The notes under the pieces are model-generated. The model had not been told where the DNA came from. It ran no database searches and saw nothing but the letters and a program-made list of their open reading frames with translations. The position numbers and the translations under genes were made by a program. A DNA stretch of 64,000 nt, from NCBI GenBank assembly GCA_963764165.1, contig CAVXRD010000002.1:3008001-3072000 (forward strand), in the 5' to 3' direction. Numbering within the stretch: position 1 is the stretch's first letter; every line of letters begins with the position of its first letter. The stretch comes from an uncultured Verrucomicrobiae bacterium. GTDB lineage: Bacteria; Verrucomicrobiota; Verrucomicrobiia; Limisphaerales; Palsa-1400. Shown in pieces: positions 1-9,058 of this stretch.

Positions 1-314
1 CAATCCTCCGGGATGAAGACCGGCTCGGAATAGGTTTTGGCCACGAGCGCCACGTAGAATGAGCGTTCGTCAGAGGGATTGTTCTCGTGCGCTGCGACCT
101 CCTGCAACGCCCGGAATCCCCCCCCTATGTAAACCGCCATGTACTCTTTGAACTTGCTGTTGATAATCTCCTGGTCCTTGCGGTAAAGCGCGGAAGCCAC
201 CAGGTAATAAACAAGCAGCAGCAGCACCGCCGCGCTGACGGCGAACACGAGCGCGTACCACACGCTCAAGCGGAAGGCTAAACTGCGAAAAATTCTACGC
301 GGCTCTAAGGACAT
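1..314 (-). CDS. sensor histidine kinase, N-terminal part (runs off window start)
   Basis: Not in ORF track. Manual translation from ATG at 314: MSLEPRRIFRSLAFRLSVWYALVFAVSAAVLLLLVYYLVASAL... (CusS-like first TM); frame open to base 1; overlaps the stop of the response regulator. Confidence 0.8.
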   Translation of the reverse strand, partial: MSLEPRRIFRSLAFRLSVWYALVFAVSAAVLLLLVYYLVASALYRKDQEIINSKFKEYMAVYIGGGFRALQEVAAHENNPSDERSFYVALVAKTYSEPVFIPED

Positions 315-963
315 AGCCTACTCCGCGAATCGTCTGCAGCCGGGTTTTGTCGGGATCAATCTTGGCCCGCAACCGATGCACCAGGACGTCAATAACATTT
401 GTCTGCGGATCAAAGCTGTAATCGAAGATGTGCTCGAGAATCATCGTCTTCGTCACCGTCCGCCCGGCGTGGCGCATCAGGTATTCGAGCAATGCGAATT
501 CGCGCGTCTGCAATTCCACGCTCTCGCCGCCGCGAGTCACACTGCGGGTCAGCAAATCCATCGCCAGGTCGCCAACCGTCAGGCGCGTCGGCTCTGCGGT
601 CTGCGTGGCGCGGCGAATCAGGGCGTGCAATCGCGCAATCAATTCCGAAAAGGCGAAGGGCTTGACGAGATAATCATCGCCGCCAGCTTGAAGCCCTTTG
701 ATGCGATCATCCACCGAACCCCTGGCGCTGAGAATAATGACAGGCGTGCGGATTTTCTGGCTGCGCAACCGCTGGATGAAGCTCAACCCGTCCAATTTCG
801 GCAGCATCACATCGACCACCGCCGCGTCGTAAGGGGTCGTTTCGGCGAAGACGAGCGCATCCTCGCCATTGCCGCAATGATCGACCGAGTATCCCGCCTG
901 CTTCAATCCCTTGGAAATGAAGCTGGCAATTTTGCCGTCGTCTTCGACCACTAAGATACGCAT
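295..963 (-). CDS. OmpR-family response regulator (CusR/CopR-like)
   Basis: MRILVVEDD...DVMLP...DDYLVKPF...FDPQTNVIDV...TIRGVGY; start moved to ATG 963. Confidence 0.93.
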   Translation of the reverse strand: MRILVVEDDGKIASFISKGLKQAGYSVDHCGNGEDALVFAETTPYDAAVVDVMLPKLDGLSFIQRLRSQKIRTPVIILSARGSVDDRIKGLQAGGDDYLVKPFAFSELIARLHALIRRATQTAEPTRLTVGDLAMDLLTRSVTRGGESVELQTREFALLEYLMRHAGRTVTKTMILEHIFDYSFDPQTNVIDVLVHRLRAKIDPDKTRLQTIRGVGYVLRAA

Positions 964-972
964 TTCACCATC

Positions 973-1001
973 ACCATACTCAATCCACCCGCGTTTTCCA
1001 A
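973..1001 (-). promoter_or_regulatory. sigma70-like promoter of the two-component operon
   Basis: TTGGAA-N17-TATGGT, 9 nt before ATG 963. Confidence 0.5.
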
Positions 1002-1149
1002 AACCGAAACCGAGGCAGGGTGACTTAGGGCCCGTTGCCAAAAGGGCCGCGCTCAAACTGATTTGCGGGAAGGGACGGAAGAACTCTTGCGCACCGGCTG
1101 GCTTCGGCTACATTGACCAAACCATTAGCTATTACGAATCGCAATCTAT

Positions 1150-1758
1150 ATGAAATATTTGAGAAATTATCTGTCGCCTTTTATGGCCATGGCGCTGGCG
1201 CTGGCGTTTGCCGGCAGCGCAAGTTTTGCCGACGACAAAACCGCCGCCAAAGCGGACGATCCGGAAGTGGCCGTCATCGACACGACCGAAGGCACCATGG
1301 TGATCCAGTTCTGGACGGATGCGGCTCCCAAGACGATTGCCAACTTCAAGAAACTCGCAAAATCCGGCTTTTATGATGGCCAGTGTTTTCATCGCATCAT
1401 CAAGGGCTTTATGATTCAAGGCGGCGATCCCAACACAAAGGACGCCAGCAAAGAGGCAGCATGGGGAACCGGCGGCCCGGGTTACACCATCGAGGACGAA
1501 TTCAACGACCACTCCCATGTGCGCGGTGTGATTTCGATGGCGAATACCGGAAGGCCGAATTCCAGCGGTTGCCAGTTTTTCATTTGCACCGGCAGCCCGA
1601 CTCAGCTTGATCACCATTACACGACCTTTGGCAAATTGATCAAAGGCGACGATGTCCTCGAGAAAATCGGCACCACGCCAACCCATCCGCAAGATCGCCC
1701 CAACAAGCGCATGGAGATCAAGACCATCAAGATTGTGCCGCTAAGCACCGTGAAGTAA
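1150..1758 (+). CDS. cyclophilin-type peptidyl-prolyl isomerase, exported
   Basis: Signal peptide (ALALAFAGSASFA), FHRIIKGFMIQGGDP, SMAN, QFFI, YTTFG. Confidence 0.93.
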   Translation: MKYLRNYLSPFMAMALALAFAGSASFADDKTAAKADDPEVAVIDTTEGTMVIQFWTDAAPKTIANFKKLAKSGFYDGQCFHRIIKGFMIQGGDPNTKDASKEAAWGTGGPGYTIEDEFNDHSHVRGVISMANTGRPNSSGCQFFICTGSPTQLDHHYTTFGKLIKGDDVLEKIGTTPTHPQDRPNKRMEIKTIKIVPLSTVK

Positions 1759-1779
1759 TCCCGGAGGAGCATATATAAT

Positions 1780-2277
1780 ATGGCAGATAACGAAATTGCA
1801 GTGATCAAAACGACCGAGGGCGAAATGGTGGTCGAGTTTTGGCCGGATGTGGCTCCCAAGACGGTCGAGAACTTCAAAACCCTTGCCAGAAAAGGGTTTT
1901 ACGACGGCACATGCTTCCATCGCGTGATTCGCGGCTTCATGATTCAGGGCGGCGATCCGAACACGAAGGATCCGGCCAAGGAATCAAGCTGGGGCACCGG
2001 CGGTCCAGGCCACAATGTGAAAGCGGAATTCAATAAGCGCCCGCACGTTCGCGGCGTCCTCTCGATGGCCCGATCGAACGATCCGGATTCGGCTGGCAGC
2101 CAGTTTTTCATCTGCCACGGCAGGGCGGATTTTCTCGATGGCAAGTACACAGCGTTTGGCAAATTAATCAAGGGCGATGAAGTTCTTGAGAAAATCGCCA
2201 CCACCAAGACGCATCCGCCCGATCGTCCTGACAAGCGGATGGGCGTTGAAAGCATCAGCATTCAACCAGCGGCATAA
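1780..2277 (+). CDS. cyclophilin-type peptidyl-prolyl isomerase, cytoplasmic
   Basis: GGAGGAG SD; FHRVIRGFMIQGGDP, SMAR, SAGSQFFI, FLDGKYTAFG. Confidence 0.95.
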   Translation: MADNEIAVIKTTEGEMVVEFWPDVAPKTVENFKTLARKGFYDGTCFHRVIRGFMIQGGDPNTKDPAKESSWGTGGPGHNVKAEFNKRPHVRGVLSMARSNDPDSAGSQFFICHGRADFLDGKYTAFGKLIKGDEVLEKIATTKTHPPDRPDKRMGVESISIQPAA

Positions 2278-2291
2278 CGGCCGGGCTGCCG

Positions 2292-2870
2292 ATGATTCAG
2301 CCCTGGCGCCAGATTTCCTCCCGAGCGCGCGAAAGCTACAAGGTTTTTTCCGTTCGGGAGGAGCGCCGCCTTTCGCCCCGAACCGGGCGCGAGCACGATT
2401 TTTTCATCATCGACGCCGCCAATTGGGTCAACGTCGTCGCCCTCACTCCGGCCTGCGAAATCATTCTCATCGAGCAGTATCGGCACGGGTCGAATACGGT
2501 TGAATTGGAGATTCCCGGCGGCGTCATGGATCCTTCCGATCCCACCCCGGAACTCGCTGGCGTCCGCGAATTGCTGGAGGAAACCGGCTATCAGGGAAGC
2601 GAGCCGATCCGCGTCGGAGACGTCTTGCCCAATCCTGCGATCATGAGCAATCATTGCTACACGGTGCTTGTGCAAAATTGCCGCCAGGTGGAGTCTGTCA
2701 AATGGGATGACGGCGAGGATATGGCGACCAAACTGGTGCCATTGGCGGAGCTGCAGGAAATCGTGGCGGCGGGAAAAATCCGGCACTCGCTGGTTGTGGC
2801 GGCGCTATATCAATTTGATTTGTGGTGGAAAAAGTTCGGGCAAAATTCGGCGGAAGGCAAATCAGGCTAG
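2292..2870 (+). CDS. NUDIX hydrolase (ADP-ribose pyrophosphatase-like)
   Basis: Nudix box GG...PELAGVRELLEETGY; QYRHG, ELEIPGG. Confidence 0.9.
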   Translation: MIQPWRQISSRARESYKVFSVREERRLSPRTGREHDFFIIDAANWVNVVALTPACEIILIEQYRHGSNTVELEIPGGVMDPSDPTPELAGVRELLEETGYQGSEPIRVGDVLPNPAIMSNHCYTVLVQNCRQVESVKWDDGEDMATKLVPLAELQEIVAAGKIRHSLVVAALYQFDLWWKKFGQNSAEGKSG

Positions 2871-2992
2871 CTAATTCGCTGGAGTTTTTCGCGATTCCCG
2901 CTGAATCGCGTGTGGGCCTGCTTTACCTCTGAAAAATCATTATTGTAAAAAAAATTGTTGCAATTTTTTTTCCACAAGTTCAAAAAAGTTGC

Positions 2993-3271
2993 ATGGCGAA
3001 GACTACTAAACCCACGAAGAGAAAACCCAGCGCGGCATTCATGAAACCGGTGACGCCGGACGAGGCGCTGGCCAAAGTGGTTGGCGGTACCCCGCTCCCA
3101 CGCACCGAGTTGACAAAAAAGATTTGGGCCTACATTCGCAAGAACGGTTTGCAGGACAAGACGAAGAAGACCCTGATCAATGCCGACGACAACTTGAAGG
3201 TTGTTTTCAACGGCAAGAAGCAAGTCAGCATGTTCGAGATGACCAAACTGGTCTCCGGACATTTGAAATAG
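2993..3271 (+). CDS. stand-alone SWIB/MDM2 domain protein
   Basis: AFMKP...LAKVVG...PRTELTKKIWAYIRKNGLQD...INADDNLK...SMFEMTKLVSGHL. Confidence 0.92.
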   Translation: MAKTTKPTKRKPSAAFMKPVTPDEALAKVVGGTPLPRTELTKKIWAYIRKNGLQDKTKKTLINADDNLKVVFNGKKQVSMFEMTKLVSGHLK

Positions 3272-3407
3272 AGCAGCAGTTCGCTCTCGCCCGCGTGATT
3301 GGGCCGGTCTGTGGAAACGGATCGGCTGCGATTCTTTTGCTCTCTGCCTCGGAAATCTTTAAGGTTTTACCCGAGGCAGTTTTTTCCCGGCTCGTTTCGC
3401 CTATGCC

Positions 3408-3450
3408 AAAAAAAAGCGGAGCCAAGATGTTGAGCTCATCCGGGCTCCGC
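3408..3450 (-). terminator. intrinsic terminator (minus strand)
   Basis: GCGGAGCC-CG-GATG-loop-CATC-TT-GGCTCCGC followed by T8 on minus strand. Confidence 0.8.
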
Positions 3451-3484
3451 CCAAACCGCACACGCGGATTGGTGAGACACGCAC
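3408..3484 (-). ncRNA. candidate small RNA (~77 nt), family unknown
   Basis: Lies between a sigma54 motif and an intrinsic terminator; internal hairpin CCAAUCCGC-GUGU-GCGGUUUGG; no credible ORF. Confidence 0.55.
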
Positions 3485-3494
3485 TTTAGAAATT

Positions 3495-3510
3495 AGCATC
3501 AAACATGCCA
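3495..3510 (-). promoter_or_regulatory. sigma54 (-24/-12) promoter
   Basis: TGGCATGTTTGATGCT with exact GG-N10-GC spacing; AT-rich upstream region. Confidence 0.6.
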
Positions 3511-3664
3511 GCATCAGTTTTGATATTTCCTGCCGTCGCCGTGGGAGAATTTCCTCACTAAAAATCTTTCGTTCTCAAGGCTGAGAAAAGCGCTATACGA
3601 GAAACGTTTAAACAGTGTTAATTTCACACATTTGCGAAGGGTGCCATCTTGTGCGCAATCTTGG

Positions 3665-3692
3665 TTGCAAGGTCGGTGCGTTTTGCTAGCTT
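3665..3692 (+). promoter_or_regulatory. sigma70-like leaderless-type promoter
   Basis: TTGCAA-N16-TAGCTT with extended -10 TG, 7 nt before ATG 3700. Confidence 0.5.
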
Positions 3693-3699
3693 CAAACCC

Positions 3700-4840
3700 A
3701 TGAAACCCAAGCAAGTCGTTCACGGCCAACCGTCCTGGCAAGTGGCTTCCGACCAGGTAGAAGCTTACGTCACAGAACTCGGCGGCCACGTTGGGCCGAT
3801 TACATTTGACCGATCAGGCCGGAAAATCAGCCCCTATTCGGTCGCCCCATGGGCGGAGGAGAAGCATGCACCGCCGCTGCCCGCCGCGCTCCAAGTATTG
3901 CGCGGCGATTTTTTCTGCATGCCTTTTGGCGGAAATGAGAAACCGTATCGTGGTGAGCTTCACCCAGCCCATGGCGAAACTGCGAATGAGCGCTGGCATT
4001 TTGAGTCGCTGGAAACGGCGGAGGGGAAATCCTGCCTTCGTCTTAGCCTGAAGATGAAAATTCGAACCGGCAAAGTTGATAAATTAATAATGGTCGTTGA
4101 TGGCGAGAACACCCTATATAGCCGGCATATTGTCTCCGGCATGCGCGGGCCTATGAATCTCGGGCATCACGCGATGCTCAAATTTCCGGAAGCCGAAGGA
4201 AGCGGCCATGTCTCAATCAGCCGGTTCATCCATGGCCAAGTCTTGCCGGTGCCTTTTGAATCGCCGGAAAAGGGTGGCTATTCGGCGTTGAAAACAGGGG
4301 CCGAATTCACCTCGCTGGATTCAGTTCCCATGGCCAACGGCGAAACGGCGGACGCCAGCCGTTATCCGGCCCGCCGCGGATTTCGAAGACTTGATTATGA
4401 TGGTCTCGGACGATTCGCTGCCGTTTGCCTGGACCACTGTGACATTTCCGAAGGAGCGATTCGTTTGGTTTGCCTTGAAGGATCCGCGTGTTCTGCGCGA
4501 GACGGTATTTTGGATTACCAACCGCGGCCGGCATTATCCCCCGTGGAACAGCCGGCACATCGGTGTTCTTGGAATGGAGGAAGTGACTTCATATTTCCAC
4601 ATGGGATTAGCCGCCTCCGCCGCAAAAAATCACCTTTCCGAGAAGGGCATTCCCACCTGCATCCAGCTCAATCCAAAAAAGCCGCTGGTCGTCAATTATA
4701 TTGCCGGCGTGGCCCCGATTCCCGCCGGGTTCGACCGGGTGCAATCCGTGGAGGCGCAGGATGGGAACAAGTCAATTGCCCTGATTTCCGCGAGCGGGAA
4801 AAAAGCAGTGGCCAGGGTGGATTTGGGTTTTCTTTCATAG
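3700..4840 (+). pseudogene. galactose-mutarotase-like hypothetical protein with a 1-nt frameshift at ~4381-4384 (may be a sequencing error)
   Basis: Frame 1 ...LRGDFFCMPFG...HGETAN...YPARRGF continues in the +1 frame as EDLIMMVSDD...VLGMEEVTSYF...; one extra T in GGA TTTC GAA. Confidence 0.7.
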
Positions 4841-5007
4841 TTGAGTCCAAATTGAGAATGGGCGGAAGAGTTCCGCTGATAATGAATTTTCGCTGAGTAT
4901 GTCGATCATGGCTTGCTTAATGAAGCATCTCGTCTCCCGCCCCCTGTTGGATCAGCCGGGAATTCATTCTCGACATTCTCCCGGCGTGTTAACATATTCG
5001 GCTTGTC

Positions 5008-5376
5008 ATGCAACATTCACCCCGCTTTTTGAAAGTCGTCGAGGAAGTCCGACCCAAGATACGTGAAGTTTCAGCCGAAGAAGCAAGAGCACGGCTGGCG
5101 GCCAATCCCCAGGCTGTTTTAATTGACGTTCGCGAGGAAAGCGAATGGGCCGCAGGCCACGCAGCGCAAGCGATTCATCTTGGGCGCGGGGTGATGGAGC
5201 GTGACATTGAGAAAACCATTCCCGACACAGGCACGGAATGCATTCTGTACTGCGGCGGCGGTTTTCGCTCGGCATTGGCGGCGGATATGGCGCAGCGGAT
5301 GGGTTACACCAACGTGTTTTCACTCGCCGGCGGTTATCGCGCGCTGACTGCGGCGGATTGGCCTATGGCAAAGTAA
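5008..5376 (+). CDS. single-domain rhodanese / sulfurtransferase
   Basis: LIDVREESEW..GH, active loop LYCGGGFRS, SLAGG. Confidence 0.92.
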   Translation: MQHSPRFLKVVEEVRPKIREVSAEEARARLAANPQAVLIDVREESEWAAGHAAQAIHLGRGVMERDIEKTIPDTGTECILYCGGGFRSALAADMAQRMGYTNVFSLAGGYRALTAADWPMAK

Positions 5377-5557
5377 ATCACGCGCGGCAAAATATTCTGT
5401 AACTTTTTGCCGTCCATCCGTGTATTCTTCTGTGGCGAGAAGGCGAAACTGGAGCGTTTCCGGACGGCGGACTGTCTGCTGTCCGGCTGCCGCCTTTCTG
5501 AATGGCGAATTTTTGCAGAAACGTTTCGCCCCCGAAACTGTCTAAACCGGTCTAAAG

Positions 5558-6931
5558 ATGGCAACCAACAAAGCTAAAAGCAAAAAAGAGCGAAAGATCA
5601 TCATCTTTTCGATTCTCATTCTCCTCGTCATCGGCAGCGTGGTGGCGGCGACGTTCAGCAAGGGCACCCCGCCCATTGCGATCATTGCGGAAAAGGTGGC
5701 CCGGCGCGACATCACGGAAATTGTCGTTGCCAACGGAAAAATCGAGCCGGTCTTGCAGGTGAAGATTAGTCCCGAAGTTTCCGGCGAAATTATCGCGCTG
5801 CCCGTCAAAGAAGGACAGTGCGTGAAGAAGGGCGACCTGCTCTTTAAGATCAAGCCGGATAATTACCTGGCCGCGCGCAACTCCTCCCAAGCCAACTACA
5901 ATTCCTCCGTCGCCAATCGCGAAACCTCGAAAGCCAATCTCGAAAAGGCGGATTTGGAATACAAGCGCAACGCCGAGCTTTTCAAAGCCAAGCTGATTTC
6001 GGACTCTGACTTTCTGGCGGCCAAGACCGCTTACGACGTCGCCAAATCGACTCTTGACGCGTCCATCGAACAGATCAGCATCGCCCGCGCGCAATTGGAT
6101 TCCGCCGAGGCGGACCTTTCCAAGACCACCGTGTATTCACCGTTGACGGGAACGATCAGCAAATTGAATTCCCAATTGGGCGAGCGTGTCGTCGGCACGG
6201 CGCAAATGGCTGGCACGGATATTATGATTGTCGCCGATCTCAACGCCATGGAGGCGTGGGTGGACATCGGCGAAATCGACGTTCCTCTCATTAAGCTGGG
6301 ACAGAAGGCGATGCTGGAAGTGGATTCGTTCAAGGACAAAAAATTCGAGGGCACGGTCACCGCCATCGCCAATTCCGCCAACAACAACGACACAACCACC
6401 GCCGCCACCACGACTTCCTCGACATCCACCGAGGCGACCAAATTCCAGGTTCGCATCCTCGTCAAAGACAAGGAGCGTTTTCTGCCCGGCATGTCGGTTA
6501 CGGCCAATATTGAAACGCGCTACCGCTCGAATGTCATCAGCGTCCCGATTCAGAGCGTCACCACGCGCCTGCCGGACACAAACGCTCCTGCTGGTGGAAC
6601 GAATGCGCTGGCCAAGGCTGGCGCCAACGCCCCCGCTCCTATTGGCACAAACGCGTCAAACTCAACAAACGCAGTGATCGCGGCGAAGCCGAACGAACCG
6701 GCAAAACCCATCGAAGTGGTGTTTATAGTTGACGGCGACCATGTCAAGCAAATGCCGGTCAAGCGCGGCATCAGCGATGACAATTTTGTCGAGATCACCG
6801 AGGGCTTGAAGGAAGGCCAGGACGTTGTTTCCGGCGGATACAAAGCGATCAATCGCGACCTGGCGGACGGCAAGAAAGTGGTGGTCAATGCCACGCTCGC
6901 GGGCACTGACAAAGAAACGAAAACTTACTAG
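5558..6931 (+). CDS. periplasmic adaptor (MacA/HlyD family) of ABC exporter
   Basis: N-terminal TM, V+ISPEVSG lipoyl-like half, coiled-coil hairpin, PGMSVTA, EITEGLKEG. Confidence 0.92.
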   Translation: MATNKAKSKKERKIIIFSILILLVIGSVVAATFSKGTPPIAIIAEKVARRDITEIVVANGKIEPVLQVKISPEVSGEIIALPVKEGQCVKKGDLLFKIKPDNYLAARNSSQANYNSSVANRETSKANLEKADLEYKRNAELFKAKLISDSDFLAAKTAYDVAKSTLDASIEQISIARAQLDSAEADLSKTTVYSPLTGTISKLNSQLGERVVGTAQMAGTDIMIVADLNAMEAWVDIGEIDVPLIKLGQKAMLEVDSFKDKKFEGTVTAIANSANNNDTTTAATTTSSTSTEATKFQVRILVKDKERFLPGMSVTANIETRYRSNVISVPIQSVTTRLPDTNAPAGGTNALAKAGANAPAPIGTNASNSTNAVIAAKPNEPAKPIEVVFIVDGDHVKQMPVKRGISDDNFVEITEGLKEGQDVVSGGYKAINRDLADGKKVVVNATLAGTDKETKTY

Positions 6932-6978
6932 CGGCAGAGCCATGGAACTTTCTGCCAAGCGCAATACGGGAATTCCCA

Positions 6979-7100
6979 AGGTAGGGACGCCTCGCCGAGG
7001 CGTCCGGTTGCGCTGGATTTATGCTGCCGTGCTCGCAAAGACAATGCCTCACCCCGGACGCCTCCGGCGGAAGTTCCGCCTCCCAGAGGCGTCCCTACCT
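6979..7100. repeat. REPIN-like doublet palindrome, family A (GGTAGGGACGCCTCGCCGAGGCGTCC)
   Basis: Inverted REP pair; spacer homologous to copies at 11855-11959 and 53666-53768. Confidence 0.85.
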
Positions 7101-7108
7101 CAAGCCCA

Positions 7109-7795
7109 GTGAGCCTCATCCGCCTCCAAAACATCACCCGGCTCTACCAGATGGGCGGGGAAACGATTCACGCTCTGCGCGACATCTCGCTCGATGTCCA
7201 ACGCGGCGAGTATGTCGCGATCATGGGCCCGTCCGGCTCGGGGAAATCGACGCTGATGAATTTGCTGGGCTGCCTGGACACCTGCACCTCCGGCACCTAT
7301 GAATTGAACGGCACCAACGTCAGCGAGTTGGATGACAACCAGTTGGCCGCCATTCGAAATCGGGAAATTGGCTTCGTGTTCCAAACGTTCAACCTTCTGC
7401 CGCGCGCCAATGCTTTGCGCAATGTGGAGCTGCCATTGATTTACGCCGGCATTTCCGTGGACGAGCGCCGGCAAATGGCGATGCACAGCTTGGAAAGCGT
7501 CGGGTTAAAGGAACGCGTCGGACACAAGCCCAACGAAATGTCCGGCGGCCAGCGCCAGCGCGTGGCCATCGCCCGCGCCCTCGTCAATAACCCCTCCATC
7601 ATTCTGGCGGACGAGCCGACGGGAAATTTGGATTCCAAGACCGGCGACGAAATCATGGCCTTGCTTGAGATTCTTTCCGAGAAGGGAAACACGATATTTG
7701 TCGTCACGCACGAGGAGGACATTGCCCAGCACGCCCGGCGCATCATCCGCATCCGGGATGGGTTGATCGCCGACGATTCGGGCCGGCGCAAATGA
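7109..7795 (+). CDS. ABC transporter ATP-binding subunit (MacB/LolD family)
   Basis: [38 protein letters not shown] start. Confidence 0.95.
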   Translation: MSLIRLQNITRLYQMGGETIHALRDISLDVQRGEYVAIMGPSGSGKSTLMNLLGCLDTCTSGTYELNGTNVSELDDNQLAAIRNREIGFVFQTFNLLPRANALRNVELPLIYAGISVDERRQMAMHSLESVGLKERVGHKPNEMSGGQRQRVAIARALVNNPSIILADEPTGNLDSKTGDEIMALLEILSEKGNTIFVVTHEEDIAQHARRIIRIRDGLIADDSGRRK

Positions 7796-7801
7796 CGCGG
7801 T

Positions 7802-9040
7802 ATGAATTTCCTGGTCGAAATCAAGGAAGGCCTGCTCATCTCATGGGACACCATCCGCGCCAACAAGATGCGCTCGGCCCTCACGACCTTGGGAATCGTC
7901 ATCGGCATCGTCACCGTGACGAGCATGGCGACCGCCATCGACGCCCTCAATCGCGCAGTGCATGACAGCATCTCGGTTCTTGGCTCGGATGTTCTATTCG
8001 TCAGCAAAATCGATTGGATGATTCATTCCGAAGAGGAATGGATTCAGCAGAACCACCGTCCCGAGGTCAGCATTGACCAGGTGCGCCAAGTGGAAAAACA
8101 AATGAACCTGGCCAGCGCCATCGCGCCCACGGTCGGGGCGAACCGCGCGGTCTGGTATAAAAACCGCCGTGCAAACCGGGTGAACATCGTCGGGACCACC
8201 GATCAATTTCTCACCACCAGCGGATTCAACATCGCCATCGGCCGCTTTCTTTCCGCGGACGAAGTCGATGGCGGCCGCCCTGTATGCGTGATCGGCAACG
8301 ATGTCGCGACGAATCTGTTTGCGCAGGAATCGCCGCTGCACAAAAAAATCAAAATTGGCGAACGCCAGTTGGAAGTCATCGGGGTGCTCGAAAAACGCGG
8401 CAGTTTTCTCGGCATGGACAGCTTTGACAACGAAGTCATTCTGCCCGTCTCGCAATTCATGTTCAGTTATTGGCGGCGCCCGAGTTTTGAAATTCAAGTG
8501 AAGGTTCGCAACGTCAGCCAGTTGCCCGACGCCAAGGAAGAATTGCGCGGGCTGATGCGCAAAATCCGGCACGTCGCCCCGGCCGCTCCGGATAATTTTT
8601 CCATCAACCAGCAGGAGCAATTTCTCAAAGTGTTCGACGCGGTGACGGGGACAATTGCAACGGTGGGTTTATTGGTGACGGGCATGTCCCTGTTCGTGGG
8701 CGGCATTGGCATCATGAACATCATGTTTGTCTCCGTCGCGGAGCGGACGCGCGAGATCGGCGTGCGCAAAGCCATCGGCGCAAAGCAGCGGACCATTCTT
8801 TTGCAATTCCTGATCGAGGCGGCGGCCATTTGCATGATCGGCGGATTGATCGGATTGACGATCACCTATTCCCTGACTCTTTTGGTGGCTGGCGCGTTCC
8901 CTTACTTTCCCATCAAAGTGTCGGTGCCGGTGGCGGGGCTCGCCATTTTGACCTCGGTGGTGACGGGCCTTATGTCCGGCTTTCTTCCCGCGTGGCGGGC
9001 GGCCCGCATGAACCCGGTGGATGCGTTGCGAAATGAGTGA
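7802..9040 (+). CDS. ABC transporter permease (MacB/FtsX family)
   Basis: RSALTTLGIVIGI, GGIGIMNIMFVSVAERTREIGVRKAIGA, PVDALRNE. Confidence 0.93.
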   Translation: MNFLVEIKEGLLISWDTIRANKMRSALTTLGIVIGIVTVTSMATAIDALNRAVHDSISVLGSDVLFVSKIDWMIHSEEEWIQQNHRPEVSIDQVRQVEKQMNLASAIAPTVGANRAVWYKNRRANRVNIVGTTDQFLTTSGFNIAIGRFLSADEVDGGRPVCVIGNDVATNLFAQESPLHKKIKIGERQLEVIGVLEKRGSFLGMDSFDNEVILPVSQFMFSYWRRPSFEIQVKVRNVSQLPDAKEELRGLMRKIRHVAPAAPDNFSINQQEQFLKVFDAVTGTIATVGLLVTGMSLFVGGIGIMNIMFVSVAERTREIGVRKAIGAKQRTILLQFLIEAAAICMIGGLIGLTITYSLTLLVAGAFPYFPIKVSVPVAGLAILTSVVTGLMSGFLPAWRAARMNPVDALRNE

Positions 9041-9058
9041 CACGAAACCCCAAAGCGC

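Noticed and set aside
3303..3338. Hairpin after SWIB gene as terminator or ncRNA
   Set aside because: Stem has G-U pairs and the U-tract is short and displaced; plausible weak terminator but not well supported
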